Below are positions 60,268 to 64,000 of a stretch of 64,000 nt of DNA, in pieces (the first letter of the stretch is position 1; the number at the start of each line of letters is the position of its first letter). The position numbers and the translations under genes are program-made. The notes under the pieces were generated by a model that had not been told where the DNA came from, did not search any database, and saw only the letters and a program-made list of their open reading frames with translations. The stretch is taken from NCBI GenBank assembly GCA_035544735.1, contig DATKCD010000013.1, forward strand, positions 3,412 to 67,411, read 5' to 3'. Origin of the DNA: Thermoanaerobaculia bacterium. Lineage in GTDB: Bacteria > Acidobacteriota > Thermoanaerobaculia > Gp7-AA8.

Positions 60268-61407
60268 ATGACGGCAAAGCCTTCCATTCGCATCGGGATC
60301 TTCGGGTCGTACGGCGGCCTCAACCTCGGCGACGAGGCGATCCTCCATTCGATGCTCCGCCAGATTCGTGAATCGGTCGAGGCGGAGCTGACGGTCTTCA
60401 CGCGCGACGTCGAGGACACCGAGAGGCGGCACGGCGTGCGCGGTCTCGCCCCCGCGAACCTCTCGCGCGACGAAGCACGGGCCGAGATCCAGAAGCTCGA
60501 TCTGCTGATCCTCGGCGGCGGCGGGATCCTCTACGATCGGGATGCCGAGCTGTACCTGCGCGAAGTGAAGCTCGCCCACGAGGTCGGCGTCCCGGTGGCG
60601 GTGTACGCGATCAGCGCCGGACCGCTGAAGAAGCAGGCGATGCGCGATCTGGTCCGCGATGCGCTCGGCCCGGTCGCGCTGATCACCGTCCGCGACAAGA
60701 GGGCGCGCCAGCTTCTCGAGGAGATCGGCATCGAGAAGGAGATCACGGTCACCGCCGACCCCGCCCTTCTGCTCGAGCCTGAGCCGCTGCCGGAGGGAGC
60801 CTTCGAAGCCGAGGGGCTGCCGACCGACGTGCCGATCGTCGGATTCTCCGTACGCGAGCCCGGTCCGGCAGCGCCCGACATCGACGTCGACCACTACCAT
60901 TCATTGATCGCCAACGCCGCTGACTACATGGTCTCGCGTCTGAACGCCTACATCGTCTTCGTGCCGATGGAGCGGCGCAAGATGGACATGCAGCAGAGCC
61001 ACGCCGTGGTGTCGCTGATGAAGAACGCCGATCGGGCGACCGTGCTCAAGGGAGACTATTCGGCGGGACAGCTCCTCGCTCTGGTCGGCCGCATGAAACT
61101 CGCCGTCGGCATGCGGCTGCACTTCCTCATCTTCGCCGCACTACAGCGGGTTCCCTTCGTTCCCCTCCCCTACGCGACGAAGGTCGCCGGATTCATCGAG
61201 GAGATGGGGATGGAGATGCCGCCGCTTCACGACGTCAACGCGGGCGTGCTGATCGCGGCCATCGATCGGAGCTGGGACTATCGGAAGACGCTCGAGAAGC
61301 GGATCGACGAGCACCTCCCCCGGATGCAGGAGAGCGCGCGCACGACGCACCGGCTGCTTCTCGATCTGATCGACCGAATCGAGCCCGAGGCGCGAAAGGA
61401 GGCCTGA
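60268..61407 (+). CDS. Polysaccharide pyruvyl transferase family protein (CsaB/WcaK-like)
   Basis: Start refined to MTAKPSIRIGIFGSYGGLNLGDEAIL. LILGGGG...MRLH. Confidence 0.75.
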   Translation: MTAKPSIRIGIFGSYGGLNLGDEAILHSMLRQIRESVEAELTVFTRDVEDTERRHGVRGLAPANLSRDEARAEIQKLDLLILGGGGILYDRDAELYLREVKLAHEVGVPVAVYAISAGPLKKQAMRDLVRDALGPVALITVRDKRARQLLEEIGIEKEITVTADPALLLEPEPLPEGAFEAEGLPTDVPIVGFSVREPGPAAPDIDVDHYHSLIANAADYMVSRLNAYIVFVPMERRKMDMQQSHAVVSLMKNADRATVLKGDYSAGQLLALVGRMKLAVGMRLHFLIFAALQRVPFVPLPYATKVAGFIEEMGMEMPPLHDVNAGVLIAAIDRSWDYRKTLEKRIDEHLPRMQESARTTHRLLLDLIDRIEPEARKEA

Positions 61408-61495
61408 TCTGCCGCCGCTGACTCGCCCCGCCGAGCTGGAGACGATCGATCTCCCGCCGCGGAAGGGAGCTCTAGCCGCCGAGGCCGACGTCCTG

Positions 61496-62821
61496 GTGGT
61501 CGGCGGAGGTCCCGCCGGACTCGGGGCGGCCGTCGGCGCGGCCGAGGCCGGCGCGGACGTGATCCTCGCGGAGCGTTACGGCTTCCTCGGCGGCAATGCG
61601 ACCGCGGCACTCGTGATGCCGCTCATGTCGTTCTTCACCCAGAAGCCTTCGGCGGGCCAGGCGCCGCCCGACAGCCTGATGCCGTCGGACCACGGCCCCG
61701 GCGATCCGGTGATCGCCGGGGTGCTCCGGCGGCTTCTCGAACGGCTCATCCGCAGCGGCGGCGCGATTCCTCCCGGATCGCGCACCGGCTACACGGTCCC
61801 CTTCGACCCCGAAGTGTTCAAGCTCGTCGCGCTCGAGATGCTCGACGAGTGCGGCGTGAGATTTCTGCTCCACGCGTTCGCCAGCGACGTGGTTCGGACC
61901 GGCGGAAGGGTCGAGGGGGCGGTCTTCGAGACCAAATCGGGGCCGGTCGTGATCCGCGCGCGATGCATCGTCGACGCCACCGGCGACGGCGACCTCGCCG
62001 CCCGCGCCGGCGCCCCCTTCGAGCTCGGACGGCTCGAGGACGGTCTGGTGCAGCCGATGACGCTGATGTTCCGGATCGTCGACTTCCAGCGCCAGGCGTT
62101 CGAGTCGTACATCCGGGAACATCCCGATCAGTGGCGCTCGGTGCACGGGCTGTGGGACCTGATCGGCCGCGCAGCCGAGGCGGGCGAGCTCGACCTCGCC
62201 CGCGAGGACATCCTCTTCTTCGGCACTCCGCACGAGCGCGAGATCGCGGTCAACAGCACGCGCGTGACCCGCGTGCTCGGCACCGACGTCTGGGACCTCA
62301 GTTATGCCGAGTGGGAGAGCCGCCGCCAGCTCCGCCAGATCGCCGCCTTCTTCCGCCGCTACGTCCCCGGATTCGAGGAGGCTTACGTCGCCCAGAGCGG
62401 GGTCCAGATCGGCGTTCGCGAGACGCGGCGGATCGTCGGCGAGTATCAGCTCACCGCCGAGGATCTGCTCTCCGCCCGAAAGTTTCCCGACGTGATCGCG
62501 CGCGGCTCGTATCCGGTCGACATCCACAATCCGCGGGGCAAGGGAACCCTTCTGCGCCGCATCCCGCCCGGAGAGGCCTACGACATCCCTCTGCGGAGCC
62601 TCATTCCCCAGCGTGTCGACCATCTGCTCGTCTCGGGACGATGCATCTCCGGAACGCATGAAGCGCATTCGTCGTACCGCGTCATGCCGATCGCGATGGC
62701 GACCGGTCACGCGGCCGGCGTCTGCGCCGCCCTCGCCTCGGGAAGCCGCAGGCCTCCCCGCGACGTCCCTGCCGAAGAGGTGCAGGCCGAGCTGCGCCGG
62801 CAGGGCGCGAACCTCGGCTGA
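61496..62821 (+). CDS. FAD-dependent oxidoreductase (FAD_oxidored / PF12831-like)
   Basis: GGGPAGLGAA dinucleotide-binding loop. GDGD and a C-terminal FAD-contact region. The only canonical start is GTG 61496, although the motif's beta-strand (ADVLVV) is encoded upstream in frame. Confidence 0.7.
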   Translation: MVGGGPAGLGAAVGAAEAGADVILAERYGFLGGNATAALVMPLMSFFTQKPSAGQAPPDSLMPSDHGPGDPVIAGVLRRLLERLIRSGGAIPPGSRTGYTVPFDPEVFKLVALEMLDECGVRFLLHAFASDVVRTGGRVEGAVFETKSGPVVIRARCIVDATGDGDLAARAGAPFELGRLEDGLVQPMTLMFRIVDFQRQAFESYIREHPDQWRSVHGLWDLIGRAAEAGELDLAREDILFFGTPHEREIAVNSTRVTRVLGTDVWDLSYAEWESRRQLRQIAAFFRRYVPGFEEAYVAQSGVQIGVRETRRIVGEYQLTAEDLLSARKFPDVIARGSYPVDIHNPRGKGTLLRRIPPGEAYDIPLRSLIPQRVDHLLVSGRCISGTHEAHSSYRVMPIAMATGHAAGVCAALASGSRRPPRDVPAEEVQAELRRQGANLG

Positions 62822-62871
62822 GAACGAGGCACGGATTCTGCTCGTCTCCCGGATGAGAGGAGCAGAGCATC

Positions 62872-63642
62872 ATGGTTCGCAATCCCGATCCCGCAGGACT
62901 CGAAGAGCTCGCCCGCGCGCTGCCGCGCAACGTATCCGCCGCCGAGAGGATCGCGAGCGCGGCGGGGGGAATCGCCCTGGTCGCCTGGGGGCTCACGCAT
63001 CGCTCGGTGCCGGCGCGCCTCGGCGCGCTCGCCGGCCTCGTCCTCGTCATCCGCGGGGCCAGCGGCTTCTGCCCCGTCCGTCAGGCGCTCTCCTCGTCCG
63101 ACGAGGAGGGGTTCGGCCAGGCGCGCTCGGCCGTCCTCGAGCACGACGAAGGCCTCACCGTCGAGACCGCGGTGATCATCGAGCGCCCCGCCGAGGAGAT
63201 CTACTCCTTCTGGCGGCGGCTCGAGAACCTTCCTCTCGTCATGGAGCACCTCGAATCGGTCCGGGAGATCGACGCAACGCGCTCGCACTGGATCGCGAAG
63301 GGGCCGGCGCGGAGGTCCGTCGAGTGGGACGCCGAGATCATCAACGACATTCCGGGAGAGATGATCGGCTGGCGCTCGCTTCCCGACTCCGAGGTGGCCA
63401 ATGCCGGCTCGGTGCATTTCTCCCCGTTGACCGGGGGCCGCGGCACGGAGGTGCGGGTGCGGCTGCGCTACGAGCCGAAGTTCGGGCGCGCGGGGGCACT
63501 GGTCGCGAAGCTGATCCGCGAGGAGCCGGGCCAGCAGATCGCGCGCGAGCTGCGGCGGCTCAAGGCGAGGATGGAAGGGAGCGGACGGACGGCGTCGGAG
63601 GCGGTCGCGGCCTCACGGGACGACCGCGCAGCCCGGCTGTAG
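62872..63642 (+). CDS. DUF2892 (YgaP-like) membrane segment + SRPBCC (polyketide-cyclase/START-like) domain protein
   Basis: 256 aa. GFCPV motif region. C-terminal helix-grip SRPBCC pattern. Confidence 0.65.
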   Translation: MVRNPDPAGLEELARALPRNVSAAERIASAAGGIALVAWGLTHRSVPARLGALAGLVLVIRGASGFCPVRQALSSSDEEGFGQARSAVLEHDEGLTVETAVIIERPAEEIYSFWRRLENLPLVMEHLESVREIDATRSHWIAKGPARRSVEWDAEIINDIPGEMIGWRSLPDSEVANAGSVHFSPLTGGRGTEVRVRLRYEPKFGRAGALVAKLIREEPGQQIARELRRLKARMEGSGRTASEAVAASRDDRAARL

Positions 63643-63694
63643 CCGACGGCCCGGGCGTCCTGCGGTGTCATCACCGATCCTGACGCCGGCGGGC

Positions 63695-64000
63695 CTATCG
63701 GGGGACGGCGGCGCGCGACTCCTCGATCCGGCCCGCCACCTCGTCGCTCTCGACGATCTGCACGCCGGCGCGGCGCATCTCCTCGATGGCGCGATCGACG
63801 TCGCCAGGATGCACCTCGACCCCACGCGTACCGTCTCGCACCACCCACGTCCGCAGTCCGAGGCCGACCGCATCGAGCGCCGTGAACTTGACGCAGTAGT
63901 CGGCGGCCAGCCCCGCGATCCAGACGTCGGTCACCTCTTTCTCCTGCAGGTAATCCCCGAGACCGGTCGCCTTCCGGTGCCCGTTGTCGAACAGCCCGGA
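63695..64000 (-). CDS. Isochorismatase-family hydrolase (nicotinamidase-like), C-terminal part; gene continues past window end
   Basis: C-terminal 79 aa (TDVWIAGLAADYCVKFTALDA) carries the catalytic Cys motif. The upstream frame stays open to 64000 (FDNGHRKATGLGDYLQEKEV). Confidence 0.6.
   Translation of the reverse strand, partial: SGLFDNGHRKATGLGDYLQEKEVTDVWIAGLAADYCVKFTALDAVGLGLRTWVVRDGTRGVEVHPGDVDRAIEEMRRAGVQIVESDEVAGRIEESRAAVPR

Overview
This is a high-G+C bacterial chromosomal window, judged by eye, with about 60 protein-coding genes. I found no rRNA, tRNA or CRISPR. Most of it is core housekeeping. (1) A heat-shock operon hrcA-grpE-dnaK-dnaJ-prmA on the minus strand. It carries a near-consensus CIRCE operator that overlaps a TTGACA-N17-TAGTTT promoter, and rsmE lies convergent next to it. 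(2) A respiratory supercluster on the minus strand: alternative complex III (actA-actF plus a small ActG-like ORF), then an SCO1 copper chaperone, then a caa3-type cytochrome oxidase (subunit II with a fused cytochrome c domain, then I, III, IV). (3) glnS, murB, der, a yebC-family regulator and a TerC-family membrane protein. (4) An ECF sigma/zf-HC2 anti-sigma pair joined by a GTGA overlap. (5) Two paralogous membrane-fused spermidine-synthase-like proteins, one joined by an ATGA overlap to a YdiJ-like FAD/Fe-S oxidase. (6) A glycan-precursor cluster that looks like a polyprenyl-phosphate-mannose route: a polyprenol-kinase-like+DUF92 fusion, a GT2+methyltransferase fusion (Dpm1-like), GDP-mannose pyrophosphorylase, an amidohydrolase and a pyruvyl transferase. 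(7) Assorted transporters (MFS DHA2, TSUP), hydrolases and hypothetical secreted proteins and lipoproteins, including a membrane-anchored protein with a clan-CD (caspase/legumain-like) His-Gly...Ala-Cys signature. The most unusual content is non-coding. At least seven intergenic loci carry inverted arrays of short tandem repeats. Four use a 9-bp unit (GCGTCTNGN). Two use a GCARAAT heptamer, one of them a 551-bp MITE-like element with about 40-bp terminal inverted repeats and a structured core. One uses TGATTGA. Several fill the gap between convergent genes exactly from stop codon to stop codon. One fills the whole dnaJ-prmA gap inside the heat-shock operon. One buries a start codon in its terminal inverted repeat. 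I could not run database searches, so all protein calls rest on motifs I recognise in the translations. Counts of repeat units are by eye.
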